Assembly (NCBI GenBank): GCA_964633865.1
Contig: CAZWIJ010000005.1
Coordinates: 6,453 to 70,452 of the forward strand
From: an uncultured Candidatus Saccharibacteria bacterium
Lineage (GTDB): Bacteria; Patescibacteriota; Minisyncoccia; SW-4-49-11
Length of the DNA stretch: 64,000 bases
Direction of reading: 5' to 3'
The position numbers and the translations under genes were made by a program. This document shows positions 28,457 to 38,908 of this stretch, in pieces. The notes below the pieces were generated by a model. The model was not told where the DNA came from. It worked only from the letters and a program-made list of their open reading frames with translations, and ran no database searches. The stretch's first letter is position 1; each line of letters starts with the position of its first letter.

Positions 28457-29440
28457 TTAATATGATGCTCTTTCTAGTTTATCCATTATAGCTTTTCCTA
28501 ATCCAGAACCTCTAAATCTCTCAGCTAATATAATTTCAACATCAGATGAATCAAACTCTAATAATTTATCAAACAAATTATTACTTATTTCTAATAAATT
28601 ATTTATATCCCCTAAATTTTTGATTAAGATATTTTTATCTAAATTTAACTTTTGAATAGTTTGTTGTGAAGCTAATATACCTACTTTATTTTTAAATTTA
28701 TAATAATTTATTTTTGTAATAAAATCTTCTATATTCTCTAAAATAAATAGTTTTGCATTAGGAGCATAATGTTTGTATAACATACCTGGAGATAAAACTT
28801 TATCTGAAGAAATATTAGCTATATAAAATTTTTCTCCTAATACAAATTCTAAATCTAATTTTGTAACCATTCCTAATCTTAGAATATTTGGATTATTTTC
28901 TTGTAAACTTACTACTGTAGATTCTAAACCTATAGTAGTTTTTCCACCTTTTATACAAAAAATTTTATTTGAAAAATACTGATAAACATGATTATGATGA
29001 GTAGAACTTGGTTTACCAGAGGGATTTGCAGATGGAGCCACGATAGGAGTATCTGCAGCATTAATTAAATCTAAAGCTATTTTATTACTTGGCATTCTAA
29101 TTGCGACTAATTCTGATCCCGCAGTTACAATATCTGGCACTAATTTATTTTTCTTAAATAAAATTGTTAGTGGCCCAGGCCAAAAATTTTTAATCAATAA
29201 TTTTTCTTTTTCACCATAAGAGTCTACTAATTGATTTAATTGTTTCAAATTAGATATATGAACAATCAAAGGATTATTTTGTGGTCTTTGTTTAATCTGG
29301 TATATTTTTTTAATTGCTTCCACATTATATACATCTGCACCTATTCCATATACAGTTTCTGTAGGAAATGCTATTATTTCACCATTTTTTATCAATTCAG
29401 AGGCATACTTAACCTGATCTTCAAGATTATTATAATTCAT
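28457..29440 (-). CDS. tsaC: L-threonylcarbamoyladenylate synthase (Sua5/YrdC family, with Sua5 C-terminal domain)
   Basis: GEIIAFPTETVYGIGADV and KQRPQNNPLIVHI are YrdC motifs. Length 327 aa. Confidence 0.8.
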   Translation of the reverse strand: MNYNNLEDQVKYASELIKNGEIIAFPTETVYGIGADVYNVEAIKKIYQIKQRPQNNPLIVHISNLKQLNQLVDSYGEKEKLLIKNFWPGPLTILFKKNKLVPDIVTAGSELVAIRMPSNKIALDLINAADTPIVAPSANPSGKPSSTHHNHVYQYFSNKIFCIKGGKTTIGLESTVVSLQENNPNILRLGMVTKLDLEFVLGEKFYIANISSDKVLSPGMLYKHYAPNAKLFILENIEDFITKINYYKFKNKVGILASQQTIQKLNLDKNILIKNLGDINNLLEISNNLFDKLLEFDSSDVEIILAERFRGSGLGKAIMDKLERASY

Positions 29441-29448
29441 ATCAAATA

Positions 29449-31743
29449 TTAGCTTTGATAAGATTTGATCATTTTTTCTAACTCCAAATTAACATCTTTA
29501 TCTATCAAAGATTTGTTAGAGTCCTGAAATTGTAAGTGAAATGTATAATTATTCATATTATCTTTATTGAAAGAATTTTTGAAAATAATATTTATACATA
29601 AATCTGATTTATGCTTTAATAACTTATCATAAACTTCTTTAACTGAGACTTCTTCTCCTACCTCTAAAGTGATATCTCTTTTAACAATTGGGTACTTTGA
29701 TATATTAGAATATTCTTCATTAATATATTTTGCAAGAATAACTAATTTAGTTAACGAAATTTCACAAACTGATTTATAGATAGTACCTATTATAATCTTA
29801 TTATATAAAATTTCTGTATATTTAGGTTTTTCAACAAAATTAAACAAACTTATATCTATCCCAAAATAAGATGATACTCTTAAGATATCTTGATATAATT
29901 CTGTATTAATATCAAAGTTAGTTTTAGATTTATTATATTGAGTCAATGCTAAATTAACTTCTTCTTCCTTGCCAAATACATGACTAATCTCAAACAACTT
30001 ATAATAATCTATATTATGTGTATTATTCACTCTAACTTCTATCAAAGACTTTGTTAGATTTTCTCTCAAATATGGTTTCTTTGCATCTATTGGATTTATC
30101 ATCTTATGATAACTCTCTTGATCTGTATAAGGATAAGTAATAACTTCCGTATAATTTAAGTTTTTTAAATTTTGAGCAAAGTGTTTTTGAATATCATACT
30201 GAATATCATTTTTATTAACCAAAATTTCCAAATCTAAATTAGATTTTATATTATCATAACCATATATCCTAGCTATTTCCTCAATATATTCTTCTTGTGT
30301 ATTAAGATCACCTCTCCAATACGGAGGTGTTAATAAGTTTTTATGAGTAAATTGAGAATGTTTTATTTCAATTGATAATTTTTTTAAAATTTGCTCTATT
30401 TCACTATTAGAGATCTCTACACCCAAATATTTTCTAACATAATCATAGTCTAACTCAGTTACTTTATGTGTAGATTCAATCACTCCAGAAACATAATAAT
30501 TACCAAACTCTAATTTTCCTTCTTTTAAGAACCACCCTACTCTTTCTAAAGATTCTTGTGCTAGAATAGGTGGTATTCCTCTTTCAAACCTTTTCGCTGC
30601 ATCTGTCAGTAACTTTAGCCTTCGTGCAGTTATTCTAATTTGATTAGAATCAAATTGAGCAGATTCGATCATAATTTTTTGAGTCCCATCATCTACAGAA
30701 GAATTTTTTGCACCTATAATCCCTGCTAGAGCTATTATTTTTTCACTGTCACAGATTACTATATCCCCTTCTTCAAGAACAAGCTCATTATCATTTAAAT
30801 CAACCATAGACTCACCTTTTTCTGCTTTTCTAATGATAATATCATTTCCAACTATTTTTTCTGAATCAAAAACATGTATAGGCTGTCCAATTTCTTCCAT
30901 AATATAATTTGATAAATCTACGGAAGCATTTCCTGTATTATACCCTAATAGATTTAATATGTGTCTTATATGTTCATCTAAAGTATATTTATCAACTTGA
31001 ACATACAAATCTACTCTATAATTTTCTTTGCTAAAAACATTAGAATTGAATTCATATGATGAAAGACCTTTTACTTCAATTAATGAGTAATAAGAACATA
31101 TAGTATTGTCTCTATGAATCCTTCTTGGAGATCCTGATGGTCTTGGCAATTTAACTTTTGGTAGATTTATTAAAGGTTTATCTATAAGAATACTTAACTC
31201 TCTTGCTAATCCATAGAATGAAGATGAATCTCCTGCTCTAGTACCCAATCCTTTATTATCTATCTCTATTATTGCATCATTTAAATTTAAAGTCTCAGCT
31301 ATTGGTTTTCCTATCTCTCTTTGATCTCCTAAAATAAAGATCCCTTGACTATCATCTCCTAATCCTAACTCTTTTTTAGAGCACAACATACCTTGAGAAA
31401 TTTCACCTCTAATTTTAGTTTCTTTTATTTCAAAATTTCCTGGAAGAATTGCACCTATCATTGCTACTGGTACTTTTTGTCCCACTGCTATATTATTTGC
31501 ACCACATACTATATTTAACAAAACATCCAAACCAACATTTATTTTAGTTATTTGTAATTTATCAGCATTAGGATGAGGATTTATTTCTATAATTTCACCA
31601 ACTACTACATTATCTAAACCCTTAGCTAAATCTTGAATTCCTTCTACTTCATAACTTTTCATAGTATAAAGATTAGCAACTTTATACACATCTATATTCA
31701 AATTTGGAATAAAATTTTTTATAACTGAATATGGTATTTTCAT
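29449..31743 (-). CDS. pheT: Phenylalanine--tRNA ligase beta subunit
   Basis: MKIPYSVIKNFIPNL N-terminus. tRNA-binding domain VVGEIIEINPHPNADKLQITKINVG. 764 aa, adjacent to pheS. Confidence 0.9.
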   Translation of the reverse strand: MKIPYSVIKNFIPNLNIDVYKVANLYTMKSYEVEGIQDLAKGLDNVVVGEIIEINPHPNADKLQITKINVGLDVLLNIVCGANNIAVGQKVPVAMIGAILPGNFEIKETKIRGEISQGMLCSKKELGLGDDSQGIFILGDQREIGKPIAETLNLNDAIIEIDNKGLGTRAGDSSSFYGLARELSILIDKPLINLPKVKLPRPSGSPRRIHRDNTICSYYSLIEVKGLSSYEFNSNVFSKENYRVDLYVQVDKYTLDEHIRHILNLLGYNTGNASVDLSNYIMEEIGQPIHVFDSEKIVGNDIIIRKAEKGESMVDLNDNELVLEEGDIVICDSEKIIALAGIIGAKNSSVDDGTQKIMIESAQFDSNQIRITARRLKLLTDAAKRFERGIPPILAQESLERVGWFLKEGKLEFGNYYVSGVIESTHKVTELDYDYVRKYLGVEISNSEIEQILKKLSIEIKHSQFTHKNLLTPPYWRGDLNTQEEYIEEIARIYGYDNIKSNLDLEILVNKNDIQYDIQKHFAQNLKNLNYTEVITYPYTDQESYHKMINPIDAKKPYLRENLTKSLIEVRVNNTHNIDYYKLFEISHVFGKEEEVNLALTQYNKSKTNFDINTELYQDILRVSSYFGIDISLFNFVEKPKYTEILYNKIIIGTIYKSVCEISLTKLVILAKYINEEYSNISKYPIVKRDITLEVGEEVSVKEVYDKLLKHKSDLCINIIFKNSFNKDNMNNYTFHLQFQDSNKSLIDKDVNLELEKMIKSYQS

Positions 31744-31758
31744 AAATTTAATATTATT

Positions 31759-32742
31759 TTAACTTTTCTTTCCTAATTGATATAAAAATCTTAAATCACC
31801 ACTATGAATATATCTTATATCATCCAAACCTGATATTAGCATTACTAATCTTTCTACCCCTATACCAAAAGCAAAACCTTGATGTGATTGATCTTCAATA
31901 CCCACATTTTTCAACACTTGTCTATGAACCATACCTGCTCCACAAATTTCTAACCACTTATCTTTAAATAAAATATCTATTTCAAAAGATGGTTCAGTAA
32001 AAGGAAAATAGCTTGGTCTCAATCTAATTTGCATTTCTCTACCAAATAAATTCGTAAACAAATATTCCATAACCCCTTTAAATGTAGCTATACTTGTTTT
32101 TTTATCTATAACTAAACCTTCAATTTGATGAAAACAAGTTTCATGAGTAGAATCTGTAGCTTCATAACGATAAACTTTGCCTGGAGCTATTATTCTAATT
32201 GGTGGCTTGTTTTTTTCCAAATATCTAATCTGTGATGGTGAAGTATGGGTTCTTAAAAGATTCTTGTTATTATCTTTATCTTGAATCCAAATTGTATCCC
32301 ATACATCTCTAGCTGGATGATTTTTAGGTATATTTAATAGGTCAAAATTATAACTTTCATTTTCTTTTTCTAATCCGATAATTGTAGCAAAACCTATTTT
32401 AGATAAAATTTCTTGAATTTTAATAATAGTTTGGGTTACTGCAGATAAATGACCTGATGTTTGATTTAAATAAGTTAAATTTATTGGTGCAAGAGCATCC
32501 ATTTTCATCCCATCTTGTTCGAAATTTTCTTTTTCTAATAAAATTTTTTCTAAATATGATTTTAAAATATTTAACTCATCTCCAAATTTACTTTTTTGAT
32601 CTAAGGGAATATTTTTAATCTCTTTAAAGGCTTCTGAAATTAATCCTTTTCTACCTAAATATTTATTTTTTAAATCTATCTTAGAAATCTTTGATTTCAA
32701 ATCTGATTCAAATAAAGATTTAATTTTATCTATATATTCCAT
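31759..32742 (-). CDS. pheS: Phenylalanine--tRNA ligase alpha subunit
   Basis: Class II motifs FRPSYFPFTEPSFEID and GFAFGIGVERLVML. Confidence 0.9.
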   Translation of the reverse strand: MEYIDKIKSLFESDLKSKISKIDLKNKYLGRKGLISEAFKEIKNIPLDQKSKFGDELNILKSYLEKILLEKENFEQDGMKMDALAPINLTYLNQTSGHLSAVTQTIIKIQEILSKIGFATIIGLEKENESYNFDLLNIPKNHPARDVWDTIWIQDKDNNKNLLRTHTSPSQIRYLEKNKPPIRIIAPGKVYRYEATDSTHETCFHQIEGLVIDKKTSIATFKGVMEYLFTNLFGREMQIRLRPSYFPFTEPSFEIDILFKDKWLEICGAGMVHRQVLKNVGIEDQSHQGFAFGIGVERLVMLISGLDDIRYIHSGDLRFLYQLGKKS

Positions 32743-32747
32743 AATTT

Positions 32748-33137
32748 TTAATTTACTTTTATAACATCATTTTCTTGAGCCAAAAAATATGATTCCAATA
32801 TAACTACTATTAAAGTTAGAAAAATTGCACTAAAAAGATTCCATATCATAAACCCTTGCAAAGATAGATGTACTCCTGATAGCAAGGCTAATAATAATGC
32901 TTGTCTCTCAGATCTTATTAATAATAAATAATGCTTTGATCTATCTGAAAATATTACCCTTATAAAATATAAAATTATAGCAAATAAACCCCATACAACT
33001 AAAACAAAAGAGCCTATAAACCACCAAACATAAATATAAGATACTTTTGATACATCTATATATGCAATCAAATAAGCTAAACTACTACTACCAATAATGA
33101 GAGATATAACATTTAAGAAAAGTAAAGCTCTTTTCAT
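32748..33137 (-). CDS. Small integral membrane protein (4 predicted TM), unknown function
   Basis: Hydrophobic 129-aa ORF tightly packed between pheS and ppa. Confidence 0.3.
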   Translation of the reverse strand: MKRALLFLNVISLIIGSSSLAYLIAYIDVSKVSYIYVWWFIGSFVLVVWGLFAIILYFIRVIFSDRSKHYLLLIRSERQALLLALLSGVHLSLQGFMIWNLFSAIFLTLIVVILESYFLAQENDVIKVN

Positions 33138-33148
33138 ATTAAAAATCT

Positions 33149-33685
33149 TTATTTTTTATCATAATTTAGAGCCGCTTTTTCAATAATTTCCATAGCCACT
33201 ATTTTATTAACAAAACCATCTATTTTTACATGTTCATATTTACCTGGTTCTAATTTTTTATAGTCAGCCATAAATAATTCTATTTCTTTCAAAATATGTT
33301 CTTGTATATCTTCTAAATCCTGAATATCTTTTAATCTTGGATCTAATTTCACTACAGGAACACATATAATTTTATTATCTATTCCAGCCTCATCACTCAT
33401 TTTCAAAACTCCTACTGGTCTTACTTTAATAACACAACCAGAAAAAGTAGGTCTGCTAACTAAAACAATTGCATCTATCGCATCACCATCTTCTCCATGA
33501 GTTTGAGGAATAAATCCATATTCAAATGGATACAAAAGAGGTGAATATAAAGTTCTATCTAATTTAAAATAACCTCCTTTTTCATCATATTCAAATTTAG
33601 AAGTTGAGTTCATAGGAATATCTACTACAACATTAAATTCTTCTGGTAATGTTTCTAATCTTGGGACATCTTTATATAAATTCAT
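33149..33685 (-). CDS. ppa: Inorganic pyrophosphatase (family I)
   Basis: VVVDIPMNSTSKFEYD...EDGDAIDAIVLV matches the soluble PPase signature. Confidence 0.9.
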   Translation of the reverse strand: MNLYKDVPRLETLPEEFNVVVDIPMNSTSKFEYDEKGGYFKLDRTLYSPLLYPFEYGFIPQTHGEDGDAIDAIVLVSRPTFSGCVIKVRPVGVLKMSDEAGIDNKIICVPVVKLDPRLKDIQDLEDIQEHILKEIELFMADYKKLEPGKYEHVKIDGFVNKIVAMEIIEKAALNYDKK

Positions 33686-33720
33686 AGATTTAAATTATTA
33701 ATTTAGTAATATTAATTATC

Positions 33721-34926
33721 TTATTTTATACCTGCTACTTCTTCTTCAACAGATTCAACTTGGGATTTTAATTGCTCTTCTTCTGAATTCTTTTCCTCAA
33801 CTTTATCTTCTTTTCTATTTTTAGATTCTGGATTCAAATCTAAAGTATATCCTACTAATCTTGAAGCAAGTCTTACATTTTGACCAAACCCACCAATTGC
33901 AAGAGATAATTGATCTTCTGGTACAATAACTGAAGCTTTCTTTTCTTCTTCATTCAGTTCAATACTAATAACTTCGGCTGGAGCTATAGCTGCTTTAATA
34001 TATTCATTAATATTGTCATTATATTTTATTATATCTATCTTTTCTCCTCCCAACTCAGAAATAATATTTTGAACTCGAGAACCTCTTTGTCCAACACATG
34101 CTCCAACTGGATCTATATCAGGATTATTAGATTTAACTGAAATTTTTGTTCTAACACCAGCATCTCTTGATATCTCAACTATCTCTATGATATTAGAAAA
34201 AATTTCTGGGACTTCTAGTGTGAATAATTTTCTAACAAAATCATTGCTTTTTCTAGATAAAAGAATATTAGGCTCTTTTTCAGTTTGCTCAACACTTTGA
34301 ATCAAAAATTTATACTGTCCACCTATTTTATAATTATCAGTTCTTACTTGTTCTGTAGGGAAAAGTAATCCTACTCCTTTTTCTAATTCTACAAAAACTA
34401 TTCCTCTATCTATTCTTTGGATAGTACCTTGATAAATTTCTCCTATTTTATCTTTATACTCATCAAATGCTACAGATCTCTCAATTTCTCTTATTTTTTG
34501 CATCAAAACCTGTTTTGCAGTTTGAGCTGCTATTCTTCCAAATTCATCTTTAGGCTCTAATTCTTCTATTAATTCTTCTCCTATTTCAATTTTATCATTA
34601 ACTTCTAAAGCTTCAGCTAAAGGAACATGTCTTTCTGGATTAAATCTAGTTTTTTTAATATTCCCTTCTTCGTCTAATTCAATTTCTTTATTAGAAACAA
34701 CCATACCTTCTTCATCCAACTCAACAACTAATTTATGTCTAAATATTCTAATCTTACCTAAATCTTTATCAACTAAACATTTAATAATTTGAGATCTTTC
34801 TCCATAATCTTTTTTGTAAGCGGCCGCAATAGAAGTTTGAATAACATCTAAAATTTTATCTTCTGGAATATTTTTTTCTTCTGCAATTTGAGCTATTGCA
34901 AAGCTAAAGTGTTTTACATCAATCAT
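33721..34926 (-). CDS. nusA: Transcription termination/antitermination factor NusA
   Basis: N-terminal domain, S1 domain, and KH domains with GACVGQRGSRVQNI. Confidence 0.9.
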   Translation of the reverse strand: MIDVKHFSFAIAQIAEEKNIPEDKILDVIQTSIAAAYKKDYGERSQIIKCLVDKDLGKIRIFRHKLVVELDEEGMVVSNKEIELDEEGNIKKTRFNPERHVPLAEALEVNDKIEIGEELIEELEPKDEFGRIAAQTAKQVLMQKIREIERSVAFDEYKDKIGEIYQGTIQRIDRGIVFVELEKGVGLLFPTEQVRTDNYKIGGQYKFLIQSVEQTEKEPNILLSRKSNDFVRKLFTLEVPEIFSNIIEIVEISRDAGVRTKISVKSNNPDIDPVGACVGQRGSRVQNIISELGGEKIDIIKYNDNINEYIKAAIAPAEVISIELNEEEKKASVIVPEDQLSLAIGGFGQNVRLASRLVGYTLDLNPESKNRKEDKVEEKNSEEEQLKSQVESVEEEVAGIK

Positions 34927-35048
34927 ATATATATTATTAACCTATTTTATAACTAGAAAGGCCTGCTTTTATCTTGCAGACCTATCCATAACATCTATCT
35001 CAATAATAATACTAACATATTTAGTATTATTATTCAATAAGCAAGATA

Positions 35049-35207
35049 TTATTTTTTCATTTCTTTATGAAGAGTGTGCTTTCTTAGTTTCTTATTAAAC
35101 TTCATAAGCTCAATTTTCTCTGGATTCTTTTTCTTATTCTTCCTTGAATAATAATTAATATCTCCTGTTTCTGTACACTGTAATTTAATTAAATTATCTT
35201 GACTCAT
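35049..35207 (-). CDS. rpmG: 50S ribosomal protein L33
   Basis: Own translation: MSQDNLIKLQCTETGDINYYSRKNKKKNPEKIELMKFNKKLRKHTLHKEMKK (52 aa). It matches the L33 pattern ..TK.K....kLelkKy.p..rkHtlHkE. Not in the supplied ORF track because it is under 60 aa. Confidence 0.7.
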   Translation of the reverse strand: MSQDNLIKLQCTETGDINYYSRKNKKKNPEKIELMKFNKKLRKHTLHKEMKK

Positions 35208-35236
35208 TATTTTATACTTAAACCTAATAATTGAGG

Positions 35237-35309
35237 AGCCGACAATCAGGATTGAACTGATGACCTCACCCTTACCATGGGTGCGCTCTACCGACTGAGC
35301 TATGTCGGC
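35237..35309 (-). tRNA. tRNA-Thr (anticodon GGT)
   Basis: Acceptor GCCGACA/TGTCGGC, D-arm GCTC AGTCGGTA GAGC, anticodon stem CACCC/GGGTG with loop ATGGTAA, T-loop TTCAATC. Confidence 0.8.
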
Positions 35310-35328
35310 TTATATATTAACATAATAT

Positions 35329-35357
35329 ATAATACTAAATATTTGACTTTTTGTCAA
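35329..35357 (-). promoter_or_regulatory. Sigma70-type promoter TTGACA-17-TATTAT driving tRNA-Thr/rpmG (minus strand)
   Basis: On the minus strand: TTGACA, then aaaagtcaaatatttag (17 nt), then TATTAT, about 20 nt upstream of the tRNA 5' end. Confidence 0.5.
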
Positions 35358-35374
35358 AATATTTTTATCTAAAT

Positions 35375-36277
35375 TTATTTATTTTTAAATTTTGTCTTAT
35401 ATATGTAGAGAAGCATAGGTGATGCTAAGAAAATTGATGAGTAAGTTCCAAAAAACATACCTACAAACAATGCTAAAGCAAAGAATCTAACTGATTCTCC
35501 TCCTAAAAATATAATTGACCCCAAAATAAATAATATTGTTAATGTAGTATTAATAGATCTAGTTAATGTTTCTTCAATACTTTTTGCTACTACTTTTTCA
35601 AAATTATCACCACCAAGTTTTCTAATATTTTCTCTTATTCTATCAAATATAACTATAGTGTCATTAACAGAAGCTCCTAGAATTGACAACAAAGCTATGA
35701 TAAACAAAGTATCTATTTCAACAATTTTTAGATATGATAAATAAGAAAAAACTCCTATAGGAATAATGATGTCGTGAAACAAAGCTACTATAGCTACTAA
35801 ACCGTAATAGAAAGATGGTACTGGATAAGATATACCTTTAAATACATATGTTATAAATAAAATCATTGTAATTAGTACCATTATTACAGCAAACACGGCT
35901 CTTTGTTGTAATTCTTGACCTATACTTGGACTAATAGTATATTTGGATATAATTTTAACTAAATCCTCTCCCCCATATTTTTTATTTATAGAATCTATCA
36001 ATAAATCATTTTCTTCCTGAGATAAAGCTTTAAACTCTAATTTATATATTTTGTCCTCATCTTTAGTTATAGATACTGGATCTATTTTAGAATCTGATTT
36101 AACTAAATCTTGTAATTCCTCTTTTGAAGGATTTTGATCTATGCTTAACTCTAAAACACTACCTCCAATAAAATCAACCCCTAGATTAAGACCAAATCTA
36201 AGAAAACTAAAAATTGAAAGTACAACAAAAAATATACCTATACTTAACCAAATTTTTGAATATTTAACTACAAACAT
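35375..36277 (-). CDS. secF: Protein translocase subunit SecF
   Basis: 300-aa polytopic membrane protein with the SecF-type periplasmic loop and C-terminal TM bundle. Immediately downstream of secD. Confidence 0.85.
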   Translation of the reverse strand: MFVVKYSKIWLSIGIFFVVLSIFSFLRFGLNLGVDFIGGSVLELSIDQNPSKEELQDLVKSDSKIDPVSITKDEDKIYKLEFKALSQEENDLLIDSINKKYGGEDLVKIISKYTISPSIGQELQQRAVFAVIMVLITMILFITYVFKGISYPVPSFYYGLVAIVALFHDIIIPIGVFSYLSYLKIVEIDTLFIIALLSILGASVNDTIVIFDRIRENIRKLGGDNFEKVVAKSIEETLTRSINTTLTILFILGSIIFLGGESVRFFALALFVGMFFGTYSSIFLASPMLLYIYKTKFKNK

Positions 36278-36301
36278 ATTTTAAAAAATTATAATCTAAA
36301 T

Positions 36302-37888
36302 TTACTTTTTAATTCTGATAAGCCATTTTCCCAACTTTTTATTCATAAAAAAATTTCTATAGTTATCTATGAAATCCAACATTATTCTTGACAAAGTAAG
36401 TGATGAGAATAAACTTACTATTACTCCGATAGATAATGTAATCGCAAAACCTTGTACAACTCCAGAAGCTAAGTAAAATAGAATCAGAGAAGAAATTAAA
36501 GTCGATAATTGTGAATCTCTAATAGAAATCCATGCTCTTGAAAATCCTTCTTTAATAGCAATATTCAAATCTCTACCTTTATCTAATTCTTCTTTAATTC
36601 TTTCAAATATAAGAATATTTCCATCAACAGCAAATCCTATACTAACAAGAAATCCTGTAATCCCAGCTAATGTTAATGTAAATCCTAATAATTTAAATAT
36701 ACCTAATACTAGTATTACATAAAATACAAGTGCAACTGATGATATAATCCCTAATATTCTATACCAATATATCATAAATACAATTATCAAAATAAATCCT
36801 ACAACACCAGCATATATACTTTTATCAAGTGAGTCCTGACCAAGAGAGGCTTCTACTACTTGCTCTGATACTAGATTAATAGGAAGAGGTAAGGCTCCAG
36901 CATTAAGTGAGTCTACAAGATCTTTAGTTTCTTTAGTAGTAAATTGTCCTGTAATTACAGCTTGACCATTTGGAATTTCTTGATTTATTGAAGGACCACT
37001 AACTATATTTTCATCCAAAACTATATATAAAATTTCACCTATATTATTTTTTGTAAATTCAGCAAATTTATTTTTACCTTCTTCATCAAATGTAACAGAA
37101 ACTTGAGGTAAATTTGTATTAGGATCAAAAACAACATCAGCTCTTTCAATATTATTTCCTGAGATTATAGGTGATTCCGTATCATCATAATAAGGATTTT
37201 TATAAAAATCTAAATTATCAATAGGTTCATCTGAATTTAATCTAGATTGAATTGTATCAATAATTTCTTGGCTTTCAGATTGTTTTCTACCCTTATAAAA
37301 CTCTAATTTTGGAGTATCTCCTATTCTTTCTATAGCCTCTTTGGTATTATCAAGTCCAGCTAGTTCTACTACTAACCTATTTTGATCTCCACTTTCTATA
37401 TATATTCTAGGTTCACTAACACCAAATGCATTAACTCTTTTATTAACAACTTGTCTTAAACTTTCTAATGCCTGATCTCTATCATTTTCAGAAACATCTT
37501 TATCATCTATATCATATACAACTCTAACACCTCCTTGTAAATCCAAGCCTAAGTTAATTCCTTTTAGGGTAACTTCTGGAATTCTATTTTGAGTCAACCA
37601 TTGATCAAATCCATTCTGTTTGAAAGGTAATTGATTCCAGTTTGAAAGGTCAGTTTGCTTATTATTCCAATAATTTATACCTCTATTTATAATACTAGGG
37701 AACGTTATACCAAGTGAAACAACTGTAATAAATATTATAAGAATAAATTTTCTTATAGAATACCCATATTTTGTCTTACTTATAAATATAAACTTAAATA
37801 AATTTATTAATACCTTATAAGGAAAATTAATTAATTTTACAGCAAACTTTTTAATCTTTCTTGACAACCTTTTACTCTTCTTTCTCAC
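36302..37888 (-). CDS. secD: Protein translocase subunit SecD
   Basis: 528 aa with a large periplasmic domain followed by the six-TM RND-like core (GLDLQGG motif). Confidence 0.85.
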   Translation of the reverse strand: MRKKSKRLSRKIKKFAVKLINFPYKVLINLFKFIFISKTKYGYSIRKFILIIFITVVSLGITFPSIINRGINYWNNKQTDLSNWNQLPFKQNGFDQWLTQNRIPEVTLKGINLGLDLQGGVRVVYDIDDKDVSENDRDQALESLRQVVNKRVNAFGVSEPRIYIESGDQNRLVVELAGLDNTKEAIERIGDTPKLEFYKGRKQSESQEIIDTIQSRLNSDEPIDNLDFYKNPYYDDTESPIISGNNIERADVVFDPNTNLPQVSVTFDEEGKNKFAEFTKNNIGEILYIVLDENIVSGPSINQEIPNGQAVITGQFTTKETKDLVDSLNAGALPLPINLVSEQVVEASLGQDSLDKSIYAGVVGFILIIVFMIYWYRILGIISSVALVFYVILVLGIFKLLGFTLTLAGITGFLVSIGFAVDGNILIFERIKEELDKGRDLNIAIKEGFSRAWISIRDSQLSTLISSLILFYLASGVVQGFAITLSIGVIVSLFSSLTLSRIMLDFIDNYRNFFMNKKLGKWLIRIKK

Positions 37889-37912
37889 AAAAATCTAAAT
37901 TATTTTATAATA

Positions 37913-38185
37913 TTACATTCCCATTTCAGAAGCTACTTCTTTTTGGAGATCTGCTTTAGCCCCTTCTATTGCACTAACTATTCTTTTTTCTAACTTAGAT
38001 TTATCAGATAATAATTCTTCGTCTATTTCTATAGATTTTAGAGATTGTGTACCATCCATTGTTACTGTAACACCATCTAATTCTTTAGTTATTCTCTTTT
38101 TAGCTAATTTCTTTTGTAATTGTTGTAACTCTGAGAATTGAGACATCATTTCTTTTGCCTTATTGAATCCATCGAACATACCCAT
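37913..38185 (-). CDS. ybaB: Nucleoid-associated protein YbaB/EbfC
   Basis: 90-aa MGMFDGFNKAKEMMSQFSELQQLQKKL...VTVTMDGTQSLKSIEID matches the YbaB pattern. Confidence 0.75.
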   Translation of the reverse strand: MGMFDGFNKAKEMMSQFSELQQLQKKLAKKRITKELDGVTVTMDGTQSLKSIEIDEELLSDKSKLEKRIVSAIEGAKADLQKEVASEMGM

Positions 38186-38287
38186 AATTGTAAATTTTAA
38201 ATTAATATTATATGTAAATTATTATATCAGATATTATTATTATTGTGAATATTTTTAGTGATTTAATTAATCAAGATTAAGAAATTT

Positions 38288-38317
38288 ATAAAAAATAGCC
38301 TAGAAAAGCTAAGCTAT
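38288..38317 (-). terminator. Rho-independent terminator after greA (minus strand)
   Basis: On the minus strand: ATAGCTTAG-ctttt-CTAGGCTAT (one mismatch) followed by TTTTTTAT. Confidence 0.45.
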
Positions 38318-38325
38318 TATTGTAT

Positions 38326-38784
38326 TTAAGACAAAATTTCTAATATTCTGTATTTTTGTATACCTGCGGGAGTTTCTACCTTAAATTCTTCTCCAGATTT
38401 TCTATTCATAAAAGCAGCTCCTAGTGGTGATTGATCAGAAATTTTCCCATCTAAAGGATTAGCTTCCGTTGCACCAACTAAAGTATATTCTTTAATCCCA
38501 AATTTACTCTCAACTTTTATAGTACTTCCAATACCTACAAACTCATTATTAATCTTATGATTTATAATCTCTGCATTTCTTACAATGCTTTGTAATTCAA
38601 GAATTTTTGACTCATTAAAAGACATATCATTTTTTGCTTCATGATACTCTGCATTTTCTTTTAAGTCTCCCTGCTCTTTAGCATACTTAATTTTTTCAGA
38701 AATTTCACTTCTTCTGTTAACTAAAGTTTCTAACTCTTTTTCTACTTTAAGTAAACCTTCTTTTGTCATTTGATACTTTTTCAT
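38326..38784 (-). CDS. greA: Transcription elongation factor GreA
   Basis: MTKEGLLKVEKELETL...GDLKENAEYHEAKNDMSFNESKILELQ matches the GreA N-terminal coiled-coil. Length 152 aa. Confidence 0.85.
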   Translation of the reverse strand: MKKYQMTKEGLLKVEKELETLVNRRSEISEKIKYAKEQGDLKENAEYHEAKNDMSFNESKILELQSIVRNAEIINHKINNEFVGIGSTIKVESKFGIKEYTLVGATEANPLDGKISDQSPLGAAFMNRKSGEEFKVETPAGIQKYRILEILS

Positions 38785-38908
38785 ATAATTTCTTATTCTT
38801 AAAAATAAATAAATCTAAATTGATTAATAAAAAACTAACCCAACCCTCAAATAAGCTAAGATTATTGAGACTTAAGTATTAAGTTTAATATTTTTTATTC
38901 ACGATTTA

